Assembly: GCF_009914755.1 (NCBI RefSeq)
Contig: NC_060928.1
Length of the DNA stretch: 64,000 bases
DNA from: the human T2T-CHM13v2.0 reference genome, Homo sapiens
Strand: one strand, 5' to 3'
The notes under the pieces are model-generated. The model had not been told where the DNA came from. It did not search any database and worked only from the letters and a program-made list of their open reading frames with translations. The position numbers and the translations under genes were made by a program. This document shows positions 1 to 12,299 of the stretch, in pieces (position 1 is the first letter of the stretch; every line of letters begins with the position of its first letter).

Positions 1-2060
1 TTACAAATTCAAACAAATATGGGGCTATTTAGATTTTTTAACTTTTTGTATCTGTTTTGCCAATTTGTGTTTTTCCCCCCAAAGAGGTTTTTACATTTCA
101 TCTGAATTGCCCAGTTTTTTGGCATAAAGTTTTTAATAGTATTACCTTATTATATACTTAATGTCTTCAGTTTCCTTACTCTTACCCCACACTCTTCCTA
201 ATACTAATATTTGTTTTTTTCTTTTATTCTTGATCAGTCTAGTTATGAGTTTTTCAATTTTATTAATCTTTTCAAAGAATCAGCATTGGCTTTGCTGATT
301 ATACTAGTGTTTGCTTATATTCTATTTCACTGATTTCACTTATATGTTTATTATTTTATTTATTTTTTATGTATTAGCATTTAATTCAGTCTCTGTTTCC
401 TAGCTAAAGTTGAAGCTTAGAACTTCTCTTCCTCTAATAGAGAGCTGTAAGTTTTTCCTTAAGCACTATTTTAGCAGTATCATACAAATTTTGACCTGTT
501 GTGTTTTCATTATCATATAGTTCAAAATATTTCATAATTATCCTTATTTTTTTTGGATATATACATATTTAGAAATGCATTGCTCGATTTCCAAATATTT
601 TGAAATTTTCCCAATAGCTTTGTGTTAAATGATTTTTAATTTTATTTTGTTGTGGTCTGGAAGCATACTCTGCATGACTCTAATACAGTTACATTTAGAG
701 AGACTTTTTCTGTTGTCCAGTGTATGATCTATCTTAATGAATACTATATGTGCACTTTGAAAGAATGTGTATTGTCGAAGAACTGGGTATATAGTATCCC
801 ATAAATGTCAATTAGATTAAATTGTTTTTTATATTCTTCCTGATCTTTCAGTTTACTTACTCTATTGATTACTGATAGACGAATGTTTAAAATATCAATA
901 ATAATTGTGAATTTGTCAATATTTTCTGTCTTTTTTTTTCCTCATGTAGTTTAAAACTGTATTATTTGGTGCATATGAAAGAGGATTGTTATGACTTCTT
1001 GATGACTTGGCTCTTTAATATCATGAAACGTACACTTTTATCCCTTTATCTATTTATCATAGCTTTTTAAATAATGTTATTTACCAATACCAGGATCTGT
1101 GCCATCACTGAGATTCTTACTTTTGTCTGTTATTTTTCGTAATTACATGTTATATTTCCTTGTGTCTTCTCATATATAGTAGTGTTTTATTATCTGCAGG
1201 GAGTTTGTGGATGCTGTTATCAAGCGTCTGGGTTTTCTTATCTTCCCATGAAGATCGTTGAGCTTTGCACTAATGATCAGTTAAATTAGTGGAGGATCAG
1301 CTTGTTCCCACTGAGGCTTGCTATAAGGCTATAAGGCTTTATTTGGTTGTGTCTAGCATACCCTTTAGCGTAATCTCCCTTCTCAAACATATTCTCTCTG
1401 GCCGGCGACTGAATGTTGAGGGTATTTAGAAAGTTCTCTCCATTGTGGATGGTTGGAATTCTAATTTTTCCCCATACCATATCATCTCCAGAATCAGTAT
1501 TCCACTCACAGTCACCCAGTAGCTGTTTCGCTCTAGTCCTTGTAAAATCTTGCCCTGTATATACTAGAAAATGGTATTTGGCCAAAACTGGATAGGGGGC
1601 CCCATGAAGATTTCTGGTATTCCTTCTCTGAACATCTTCCCACCCTCTAGTACTTTCCTCACAAATTCCAGCTATTTCATAAACCCTGAACACCACTTTC
1701 TAATATTATATAAGAATTTACTTTGTGTATTTCTCAAATTATCATTATAATTATCATTATTACTTTCTCTCTTCTTTAAATCTGTTTATCAATCTTCCAG
1801 TTCTCGAATTTTTTTCAAGGTTTAGATTTATTTGTTTCTGTCCATACTTATTCAGGGACACTAACCTTCTAGGGATTTATGTCATTAGGAGCCTTTTGCT
1901 ACTTTTTGCAAACAATCTAACTTGCTTTCAAATTATCCTGGTCTATACAGTTTCTACCACTTCCAAAGGCAACAGATTTGTGGATTTTCCCCCTCTCTTT
2001 TCTGTATTTTTTCCTTGCTATGAAAGAAGAATTTACCTGTAAAAGATGCTGTTAATATCG
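1..2060 (-). mobile_element. Ancient degenerate L1 (L1M/L1ME-type), ORF2 5' region plus probable more 5' remnants
   Basis: T-rich antisense L1 signatures, e.g. ttttattttgttgtggtctggaagcatactctgcatga and ttgaaagaatgtgtatt (antisense EN region); right boundary uncertain. Confidence 0.6.
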
Positions 2061-4354
2061 GCTGCATGCTCCCAGCTACTTTCAATGTTTTGATTGAGCG
2101 CTATACACTTTTTGAATGACTGCTTTAACTTAAAATAATACACAAATAAAATACACATTATTTTTTGCTGGCAGATTTTTCCACAGATGAACCAATAAAC
2201 TGGAAGTGAAAAATCAGTATCAAAAGATCCAGAACACTTGCAAAATATTGAGATGATATGGTATTTTTAGACTGACATCTTATGTTATAAATGCACAGAC
2301 AATGTCCCTTGCTTTGGAAAACTACTGGTTTCTATAATCTCTTACATCATGAGAATAGGATCTGCCTATTCATGGGCATTTTCATTTACATCAACTCTTT
2401 CATTAGCATTTATTTAGCTCATATTCTGTGTCTGGCACTGGATTGGGACACAATAACTTCTTTTAAATGAGATAATTAACCAAGGGGAAAAAAAAGAAGA
2501 AAAGAAAAGAGTCCTAGTAGGTTGTAGAAGGTGATTTCTCTTGAGTAGATGACTAATTATTTTAGTTAGTTAATGTGAGTTTGAGTGGAACAAAAAGGAC
2601 ATAATAGGAGAGGGAATAAATCTCTTGTAGCTACTGAAGTGAAGCCATAGAAAATGGGAAAAAGGACATACCCAAATTAGTACCCAGTGATTTGATCTTG
2701 AGTGCACTTTGTCCAGGTTATTTTGATCTTCATTTGCTCTTTGCAACAGTAAATTTGAACATTATGTCAAAAGCAAACATATATGTATATAGAAAATTTA
2801 ATTACTCTTTCAGTGAATCTAAAAAGAGGTAATCTCAAATATACCATGATTTTATGTGTCACTATGAAAAAATGTGGTCAGTTAAATTATACCACTACAT
2901 CAGTTCTAAAATGGATCCCAATTTTATATATATGATCCTTTTTTATGAAAGTATATCTTAAAGTTGGTGAAGGGTATTAAATAGTATTATAATAGATTTA
3001 TCCTGGACAGCTATGGAAGTCTTCAATTATATAAGAGGACTCAGAGTGAATATTAAAGGTAAAAAATAAACAACACAAATTTACATTGACAATACAAACT
3101 ACCTACAGCAAAACCACAAAATTTGAATGGGGAAACTTGGTTTTGGTAGATTTGTGGCTTCCAAAGAATGTTCAAAAAGGCAAAAGCTATAAAATGTAAA
3201 AGTGGATATAAAAAACAAATTGATTAATCAAATAGAAACTTTAATGTGAAATGTTTATAGAAAGTAGTTGATACCTGATGAATACTTTTGAGTAAAAAGG
3301 AGGCAGACAGAAGATATTATGTCTGTGCAAAATATATCTAAAACAAGTTACATTATTTACAGAATTATATAGTGTCCAATATTTTATTATCAATACACTC
3401 TCAATCTTCTCAGTGATAATCAAAACCATAGATGCTGTTAACTTGAAAAAGTTAAAATCAATTTACAAACATTCTGATAGTTATATCAAAGGGTATTGCA
3501 TTTCTTGCTTTAACAGTTCTTTCATCTCTAGTATAACTGCATTTTATGGAATCTTCACATTTGCAAATATTCACTTGCACAGTACATGTGAATTCAAGTC
3601 ATTCTCACCCTATAGGTCCTCAACAGAGAACATCTAGGTTCTCTGTATCCCTGATGCAGGTGGGACCTGCTAAGTGTCAAGATACCAGTTTAGCTTGAAT
3701 CCAGTTTTTGAAAAGATGTTTCCTATCTCTCCTACCCCTTTCCCATTCCACTACAGAGAATATAAAATAATCTAATTTCCTACAAAATTTAAATCACATG
3801 CATACAAATTACTGACAATTTCAAAGTCAGGGTAAAAAGTAAACTTATGTAAGCTGTTTAGTGGGAGAAATATGACATGAGTGGGAAGGCGATGGTGAAA
3901 ATGTGTAAGTATATGCATAACTTAAATTTAAGCTCTTTAAGAAGAGAAATCATACTTTGCATATTTTAAATTGCTGGGCCATGAAACTGGAAAGACTCTA
4001 GAGAATATAATGTACAACTACTTCTTAAATGCATATATTGAAAATCGAATCCAATTCTCTGTCTTCAGTTCAGCACTTCCCTCACAAAGCTAAGCACTAA
4101 CTAGATCTTCGCTTAAAAAGATATTTGTCATTATATCACGTAGATGATCACCCCATCTGAGTGTTTAAATGGCTCATACCCCATAATGCCTAAAGAGAAA
4201 TAAAACCATGTCAATACATTGAAAAAAGTATACCTAATCATTATAAACTTTCTGTATCAACTTCCTCATAAAAATAAAACTAAAAAAAATTAAAGAACTT
4301 GTTTAAAGTTCTTTTCAAGAATAGCACACCTGTTTTTCTCTATTTTTAAAAAAA

Positions 4355-4945
4355 ATATTTGTAATTTTTGTGGGTACATAGTAGGTGTATATATATTTAG
4401 GAGGTACATGAAATATTTTGATACAGGCATTCAATGCATAATAATCACATCAGAGTAAATGGGGTATCCATCACCTCAAGCATTTATTCCTTCTTTGTGT
4501 TACAAACAATCTAATTATACTGTTTTAGTTTTTTTAAAATGTACGATAAATTATCGTTGACTGTAGTCTCTCTATTGTGCTGTCATATACTATATCTTTT
4601 TTATTCTAAGCATATTTGTGTACCCATTAACCATTCCCACTTCTCTCCTCGCACCCCCACTTCTCTTCCCAGGCTCTGGTAACCGTCATTCTTACTTGCC
4701 ATCTTCATGAGTTCTATTGTTTTAATTTTTAGCTCTCACAAAGTCAAGATGAAAAGTAACTTTAAGTAATCTTAAGTGAGAACATGCGAAGTTTGTCTTT
4801 CTGTGCCTGACTTAATTCACTTAACATAATGACCTCCAGTTTCACCCATGTTGGCGCAAATGACAGGATTTCATTTTTTTATGGCTGAAGAGTATTCCAT
4901 TATGTATATGTACCACCTTTTCTTTATTCCTTAAAACTTAGGTTG
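4355..4945 (-). mobile_element. L1MA-type 3' end fragment
   Basis: tttgtgggtacatagtaggtgtatatattt...aatggggtatccatcacctcaagcattta matches antisense L1MA 3'UTR. Confidence 0.85.
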
Positions 4946-5331
4946 TTTTGCATACTTTTTTCTAAGAGAAAATAAATTTATTGTTACACTGACCTGCAGA
5001 AACTATTGACAGAAATAAGTAAAATGTATATAGAAAAATTCCTATCAGAAAAAAAAAGGGCACAGAAAAGTAGGCAAAGGTCTTCTTTACAAATAAGATT
5101 ATCAAAATAATAAATACTTTTATGGAATATTAACTTTGATGAGTGTAGAGAAGTAAAAATGGAACATATTTTGTTCAGTTCATTTACCATTTCACATATG
5201 GGCCCTAACCCTTTTGTTTATATGTGCTATGAATATTTTTAATTTCTATGCTTGATTACTTTTTGTACTTTTTGTGTCTCTTTTTTTCTTTTACCCATAG
5301 GTCATTATTTCTCCAACTGTAAAAACATTTT

Positions 5332-5621
5332 GGCCAGGTGTGGTGGCTCACACCTGTAATCCCAGCACTTTGGGAGGCCAAGGCGGGCTGATCATGAGGT
5401 CAAGAGTTCGAGACCAGTCTGGCCAACATAGTGAAACCCCATCTCTACTAAAAATACAAAAAATTAACTGGATTTTGGGGGGTGTGCCTGTAATCCTAGC
5501 TACTCAGGAGGCTGAGGCAGGAGAATCACGTAAACCCAGGAGGTGGAGGTTGCAGTGAGCCGACACTCCAGCCTGGGCAGCAGTGTGAGACTCCATCTCA
5601 AAAAAACAAAACAAACAAACA
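5332..5621 (+). mobile_element. AluS element
   Basis: ggccaggtgtggtggctcacacctgtaatcccagc...A-rich tail; TSD aaaaacatttt at 5321-5331 and 5622-5632; short deletion in right arm. Confidence 0.97.
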
Positions 5622-6801
5622 AAAAACATTTTATGTTTATTTTGTTCGTATCACTCTTCTACCACCAAAGACGCTGACCTTGTCTGTTTACTGTGTATTC
5701 CAAGTAGGAGGACAATTACACCCATATTCTAAGAGCTCTGTAGATTTAGAAAAAGTGATGTTTCCCAGCAACCCTTGAGAAATAGCAGCTGAGAGGTCCT
5801 GAAAATAAATTGAGTGAAATTAAAGCACCTGTAGGTCATTTGGCACAGGTAGGCAACTGTCACTTTAGCTTTTCCTTTCTTAGTTAATGGACTTGGTTAC
5901 ATAATGCATTATAATCCCAAGTGGTACTGTTTGGTCTTCTGAAATTTAAACTTCCAAGATTTAAGACAGTGATGAAAGGCAAATGGCACCTTGGCTGACT
6001 TCTCAACTTTTTAGTGTGGAGTATGGTGTCTTGTGATGAGAACACGCAAACAAGGAACTTTAATCAAGACTGGCTTTAACTGCAGTGCAGTGTGACGATG
6101 TGCGATAGAGGCATGAGAGCCCCAACCTCACACTCAGTGACACTCTTGTTTCTTTGGTGTATGTGGGGTTAGGATGTTCTGGGAAGAGCAAAGTATTGTT
6201 TATTTTACTTTCATAACTTATACAAGTCAGCTTTCTCGTCTTGGCCTCCAGTTTTATGAGCAGCATAAAAAAATTCAACAATTGCTAACAAATAAAATGA
6301 AGCAAAGAATCAGTTTTCTGAGTCAGGAAATTCTTAATTGTTATGACCATTACTACAAAATCTGAAACAATAAAGAGTCTCTTGTAGAGGCTGAGTATCC
6401 TTTTACATGGCCCATTGTTATAGACCAGGAGTGGAGATGAATTTTATAGGGTAGTCTCATGCACTCCTAAAGGCTTACTTCCAAAAGCAAACATTCATTT
6501 TGGGCTATACACAGCCTAGCCCATTTCCCAGACTCCTGAGCAGAATTGTGCCCCGCTGGTCTAAAGGAAACAAATAAATATTCATTTTATCAATACAGAA
6601 GCAGAGCATGGCCAGGAACATGTATTATTCTATAAAAGTCCATGTAAAGACAAATTCAGCAAAATCTTCTGAAAACATTTAGATGAGAAGCTGAAACTTT
6701 TTACGCCAAATTCATGGCATCATTTAGTCTTGGAGAACATTTACATGTGTGTCATTCCCATCTCCCAGTAACACAGCAGATATTTCTATCAGTTATTTTC
6801 T

Positions 6802-7096
6802 TTTTTTTTTTTTTGAGATGGAGTTTTGCTCTTGTCATCCAGACTGGTGTGCAATGGCCTGATCTTGGCTCACTGCAACCTCCGCCTCCCAGATTCAAGC
6901 AATTCTCCTGCCTCAGCCTCCTGAGTAGCTGGGATTACAGGCGCTGCCACCACACCTGGCTAATTTTTTGCATTTTTAGTAGACATGGGGTTTCACCATG
7001 TTGACCAGGCTGGTCTCGAACTCCTGACTCAGGTGATCTACCTGCCACTGCCTCCCAAAGTGCTGGGATTACAAGCGTGAGCCACTGTGCCCAGCC
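6802..7096 (-). mobile_element. AluS element with 24-bp TSD
   Basis: poly-T then gagatggagttttgctc...cccagcc; exact repeat agatatttctatcagttattttct at 6778-6801 and 7097-7120. Confidence 0.97.
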
Positions 7097-7244
7097 AGAT
7101 ATTTCTATCAGTTATTTTCTACAGAGCTCTTCATGCAGTCAACTCTGATAAACCAGAACGTTATGCAAATTAAATTCTACTGACCATCTCTGGTCAAGTC
7201 CAATGTATTTGATGTTAAAATTGTATGTCCTTGGGACCAAATTA

Positions 7245-7560
7245 ACATACATTTACTGAATATTTAATTACCAAAGTATTTTGTAGGGCTACATGGGATC
7301 ACAATGAGGCATACGATGTGGTGTGTACCCTGGAGGAACTTTTAATCGAGGACGGGAAAGACATATGCTGTCATCTTAAGTGTTAAGTAACAGTTGGGCA
7401 AGATGGCCAAGAGGGCCAGATAGGGATTCTGGATGAGAGGAAAGGGCTAGAAGATGTAAAAAGTTTAAGGAGACAAAGATCAACAGTCAGAGAGTTTGAC
7501 TAAGGAGGGGAGGAGTAGAGAAGTAAGACGTGATCCAGAGTGGAAGAGATAGGAGAATTG
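7245..7560 (-). mobile_element. L2 3' fragment
   Basis: catacatttactgaatatt...ccctggaggaacttttaatc resembles antisense L2 3' end. Confidence 0.45.
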
Positions 7561-7903
7561 CTAGGAGGGGCTCCAGGCGTAGTGGCCACTGATCGTGAGG
7601 AGCGGATGTTTACTCTCTGCTCCATTCTATGTTGCCTACTGGCTCTAGGTGACTCCTTGCCACAGTCAGAAAGCTGGGTTCTGATGTTGGAGCCATAGAT
7701 GCTTCAGTGATTCTATAAGGCTTAATAATATCAGGAATATGTTTGGATTGTTTGCAGCTGTATGTGTTTTTATGGAGAACAAACAGTAAGATCAAACCCA
7801 TTCTTGTACATTCAGTTTTGTAAGATTGAAGAACACAAAAGCGTTTTTCTAAGACTGAATTAGGTACTAGATATAAAAATGTACCTTTGTAAAATGTACC
7901 ACA

Positions 7904-7937
7904 TGCAAAAACCACAAATACTTTTGCACCAACCTAA
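7904..7937. mobile_element. MADE1 / Hsmar1 TIR (half element)
   Basis: tgcaaaaaccacaaatacttttgcaccaacctaa followed by TA. Confidence 0.85.
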
Positions 7938-8677
7938 TAATTATTTATTGCATAGCTTTTGTATGAGTGGTTTTTTTGAACTAGTGCAAACTAAGCATTC
8001 TTACTATGCATTTATGAGAGGAAACTAATGGTTCTTTCTATAATTTATAGAAAATGACTTTTGCCATGGGACTTTTCATGAAGCTATCGTCTAATATGTT
8101 ACTCTAGTAAATTCACTATGTATCATAAAAGATCCATTTATTAATGCAGCATAGACTGCCTTGTTTCTGTTATAGGGATTTAATTTACTGAAAGTAACCA
8201 TGTTAATTTATAATAATTCCAAATAACTAAAATTATCTAATATTATATCAAAAGGATATTAATTATATGAATGTTCCAAAATCAATTGCCATATTATTTG
8301 AACATAACTTGTCATAATCCCTATTTTCTGATATCTTCAACTAATCTCACATTTTTCCAGAAAGGCACAATGTCAAATTGTATGCAACTGGATATAATCT
8401 TCAGAAGTGCTTACTCGGATCATTCTCTGCTTGAAAGGAAATTTCTCCCAATATAACCAAAGTTGCCTGTTTATTTAGTTTTAAAATACTTAAAACATAA
8501 AGCACCAGATGACCTGAAAAAACATTTGGACAGATTTCCTACAGGGAGCTCAGAGCTTAAATACAGTTACCAGGGTTGCAGATGGTCAGTCTATATGAAA
8601 AAGTCTATCAAATTACTGATTTCTTCCTCAGACAGATGGCAAAGGGGCCTGGCAGAAGCTCAATTTTCAGGTTGTGG

Positions 8678-8713
8678 ATGCGTGCGTGTGTGTGTCTGTG
8701 GGTGTGTGTGTGT
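8678..8713. repeat. Imperfect (TG)n microsatellite
   Basis: tgcgtgcgtgtgtgtgtctgtgggtgtgtgtgtg. Confidence 0.9.
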
Positions 8714-9439
8714 ATAATTGTTGAAGAACAAAGGTCTTTATGTTACCTAGACCCTATTTGTCAGTATAACACTGAAGATTAATCCTTGAGCTTTGAAGAT
8801 ATGCAGGAAAAGAATACTTCACCTAACAACAAAAAATTGTAAGGCTGCTGTTTTACCTAAACTCTGGTCTAATTTTCCTATTAAAAATCAAAATAAACAA
8901 CAGTGAGCACCTGAAATAGTTGCAGGTTGATTTGATTGGTAAGAAAATTTGGAATTTAATATTAATTTTTACTCTTTGAAAACTGGAGACTTGGTTTTTT
9001 CATTAGTGATGGAGAGTTTAGAATTCTAAAATAATGTTAATTTATGACTTTCCACTTATAAGAATCAAAATGTTTTTTTTATAACTGCTTATTCCTTGCC
9101 TTTAAAAAAATACAATTCTTTATTCAACTTAAGCTCACCTGTTCTGAAAAATAAATTAAAGACTTTTAAGGAATTGTTTATAGCAGAGCAGCACTAGAAT
9201 TAATAGTGTTCCTTTGCTGTATCTGTGCAGGATACAATAGTTTCATTAGCTCTTTGAGCTAGTAACCTTCTTGAAAATCTCCATGTCAAAACAACTGTTT
9301 TTCTCCTAAAATTATTCTATCATCTGACAAATCTCAATCGTTTATTATTAGAAGTTAAAGATTAATGATTTTTTCCTCCTGTTTCTTATGATCTAGGACA
9401 TGGCAAGTCAGCAAGCAAATTTCCAGTCTAATTTCTGGT

Positions 9440-9945
9440 GGAATCTGTCACAGGGAACAAGAAATTTTGAGAAGAAAATGAGTTGGACGTTGCTTGGGGC
9501 TAGATGTGAGTAAACCATCTATCTCCTCGGAAAATGGAAGACAGCCACTCATTTGACAGTGAAGGCTCGGTCAACTGACAGGGCAGACAATTGACAGAGC
9601 CGGAAAAGTGCATCTGGTGCATTATTAAGTATCAGGATGATGAACAGAGTTCATAATTAAGCTTGTACTTAACAGCTCATTGCCTTGAGTAATAATAACG
9701 ATGACTTTAAAAAAGCATCCTCCTTTCTTTTCTCTCATTGTTCTCACAAATAAATGTAACAATGTCAGAGTTGTCATCACCAGGAAAATTTGTCAGCCCT
9801 CTTCTTAATTAAAACCTTCTCTCTAGCCTTCACATTAGAATTTGTATCTTTATCATTTTAAAAAATTTTTTAAATCGCTCTTTGGAAAAAAACACCATAT
9901 AAATCCCCAAATAACACATGTCAGCCCAATTACAGGTTGTCAGGC
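9440..9945. promoter_or_regulatory. Candidate enhancer-like non-repeat element rich in TGACA(G) and TAAT motifs
   Basis: TGACAG at 9554, 9576, 9592; CTGTCA at 9445; TGTCA at 9763, 9772, 9791, 9919, 9938; several TAATTA/TTAATTAA. Motif inference only. Confidence 0.35.
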
Positions 9946-10346
9946 AACTACTTAATTTATATATGTCTATATACAAGGAAAAAGAAAATTCCTAGAGGCA
10001 CCTCATATGAATACTGTATTTTGATGGATAGAAACACTAAAATAAGTTATGCAACAGAAATGACATAATATGGTGTCCTGTAAAATCTGTATTACATTAT
10101 CAGAATATCTTTGCATAAAGATTGAGTTCTTTCTATTGGAGATAGAAGGGAAGGAAGGGTATTAGCAAATAATTAGAAATAATGTTTTCACAAAACTAAT
10201 ATGTCCTAGTTTTATAAAATAAAGGTAAGATTTGAGTTAAGGTTAAATAAAGAGAAATTAGAATTCATAGTCAAGTGAAATAAAATGTGTAAGTTTTATT
10301 AACCAAGAAACCAACACACAAAAAAATAGTAGCTGAGAGAGAGTGA

Positions 10347-10858
10347 TTTTTTTTAATTGTGATAAGAATACTTAACATGAGATCTACCCTCTTAACAAAT
10401 TTTTCGGTGTGCAATACATTATTGTTAACTATAGACCCAATATTGTACAGCAGATCTCTAGACCTTAATCATCTTGCAGAACCGAACAATTATACCCATT
10501 GAGTAGCAACTCCCCATTTCCTCCCACCCATTGCCCCTGGCAACCATCATTCTACTCTCTGCTTCCATGTTTGATTATTTTAGATACTTCATATAAGTGA
10601 TATTATGCAGTATTTGTCCTTCTGTGACTTGCTTATTCACTTAGCATAATTTCCTCAAGGTTCATCCATGTTGTCATATGTACCAGAAATTTCTTCCTTT
10701 TTAGGGCTGAATATTCCATTTTATGTATATGCCACATTTACTTTATCCATGCATCTGTTAATGTATATTTAGGTTGTTTCTACATCTCGGCTACTGTGAA
10801 TAGTGGTGCAATGAATGTGGAAATGAAATATCTCTTTAAGATCCCAATTTGAATTATT
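10347..10858 (-). mobile_element. L1MA (L1MA8-10-like) 3' end
   Basis: acttaacatgagatctaccctcttaacaaattt; decayed TSD gagagagagtgatttt (10335) / gatagagggtgatttt (10859). Confidence 0.85.
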
Positions 10859-11329
10859 GATAGAGGGTGATTTTAGTATGGCAATTAGCCCCAGATCAAA
10901 TGGACTATTTAAAAATTGTGGGTTCTGTGTATTCAGCTGCCTATAAATTTTTCATGGGTTTTCTGGGAAGAGTTTTTGATTGTTATATGGCATAGGAGAC
11001 AAGGCATTGGACAACATACAGATCAAGATTTTGGACCTCAAATTTCAGATCAGGATTGCAGAACTCAAATTTCTGACAAATCCAGGAAGTAAGGAAATCC
11101 ACAGTTGCTAATGTTGTTATTTTTGCTATTATAATCATCGTTGTTGTTGTTATGTAGTTGAAACCCAAGTATACCTGCTCCTTCTGTGGTCAAGTAATTT
11201 ATGTGCTCTGGAACAATGGCAATTGAGTGAACTGTGTGGTGCAGAAGACTGAGTAGTATCTCCTTCCCTGATTATCTCCAGTTCCATTCTAAATCACAAC
11301 CCCATACAGGCTAAAAGAAAAGACTGGAA

Positions 11330-11545
11330 AAAGTTCTGGTTTTCATACTGGCTCCTATCCTTATGAGCCATCTGACTTTTGGCAGGTCAGTTACACATTT
11401 TGGGCTTCAATTACTTTATATGTAAAAAAAAAGGGGTCATGATAATACCTACCTCATAGGTAAATAGAGATAAATAAATGAGACAATGTAGGTAAGGAGC
11501 TTAGTGTAGCCTGGCTTCTGGTAAAAATTTAATAAATGATACATA
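11330..11545 (+). mobile_element. MIR SINE
   Basis: MIR core gataatacctacctcatagg...taaatgagacaatgtaggtaag. Confidence 0.8.
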
Positions 11546-12299
11546 TTCTACTTGGACTACATGAAAAGAATTTCCTATTAACAAGAAAAGAATATTATCT
11601 TTTACAAATCATTCACCCTACTGATTAACAAGGTATATGACAAAGATAAAATATAATAATGAATCCTCATGGGAAAATGATAGGAAAAAACCTCTTTTGT
11701 TGGTACTTGGATTTTGTGTCAGAAAAGAACAGCATTGTCAGCAGCCCAATCAAATACAAAGATATGGGAACCCTTGTCCTAGCTTTGGCGACACAATGAA
11801 CGCTTACTGTGTGAGCCAGCATGAGAGAACTGACTTAAAGCATCTTTGTCATTGGGATTGGACTCTTGGCTATTTGGATTTTTTTTTAACAAATATGATA
11901 GCTTGAAATATTGCTCAGGGATGTCCTGGGTACACCCCATAATAGAGAGTATTTGGTAGCTGTCTCTGTTAGGGAAACACATCCCATGGTGAGTTATTCT
12001 ATTCCAGCTATTGCCCCAGTCCAACCTAGTTAATTGCTGGCCACTGACCCTTCAAGGGTGGCATAGTCTGCCTGCTCTATTCTCTCTTTCATCGCTGCTA
12101 TCCTTTTATTCTGCCTATTCTTTCTGCTCCTTGCCTACAAGACCAGTCTAGCTCTGCTGGCCTGAGCATTTGGTCCACCCTGCCAAAGCTTTTGCCCAAA
12201 TTTGTAAAAATTCTGAAATAAAGTCAAAGTACCACAAAAGATAGTTCATTTTCTACTCACTTGTCCTCATGATGATCCGATATTACATTTCATCTCTTA

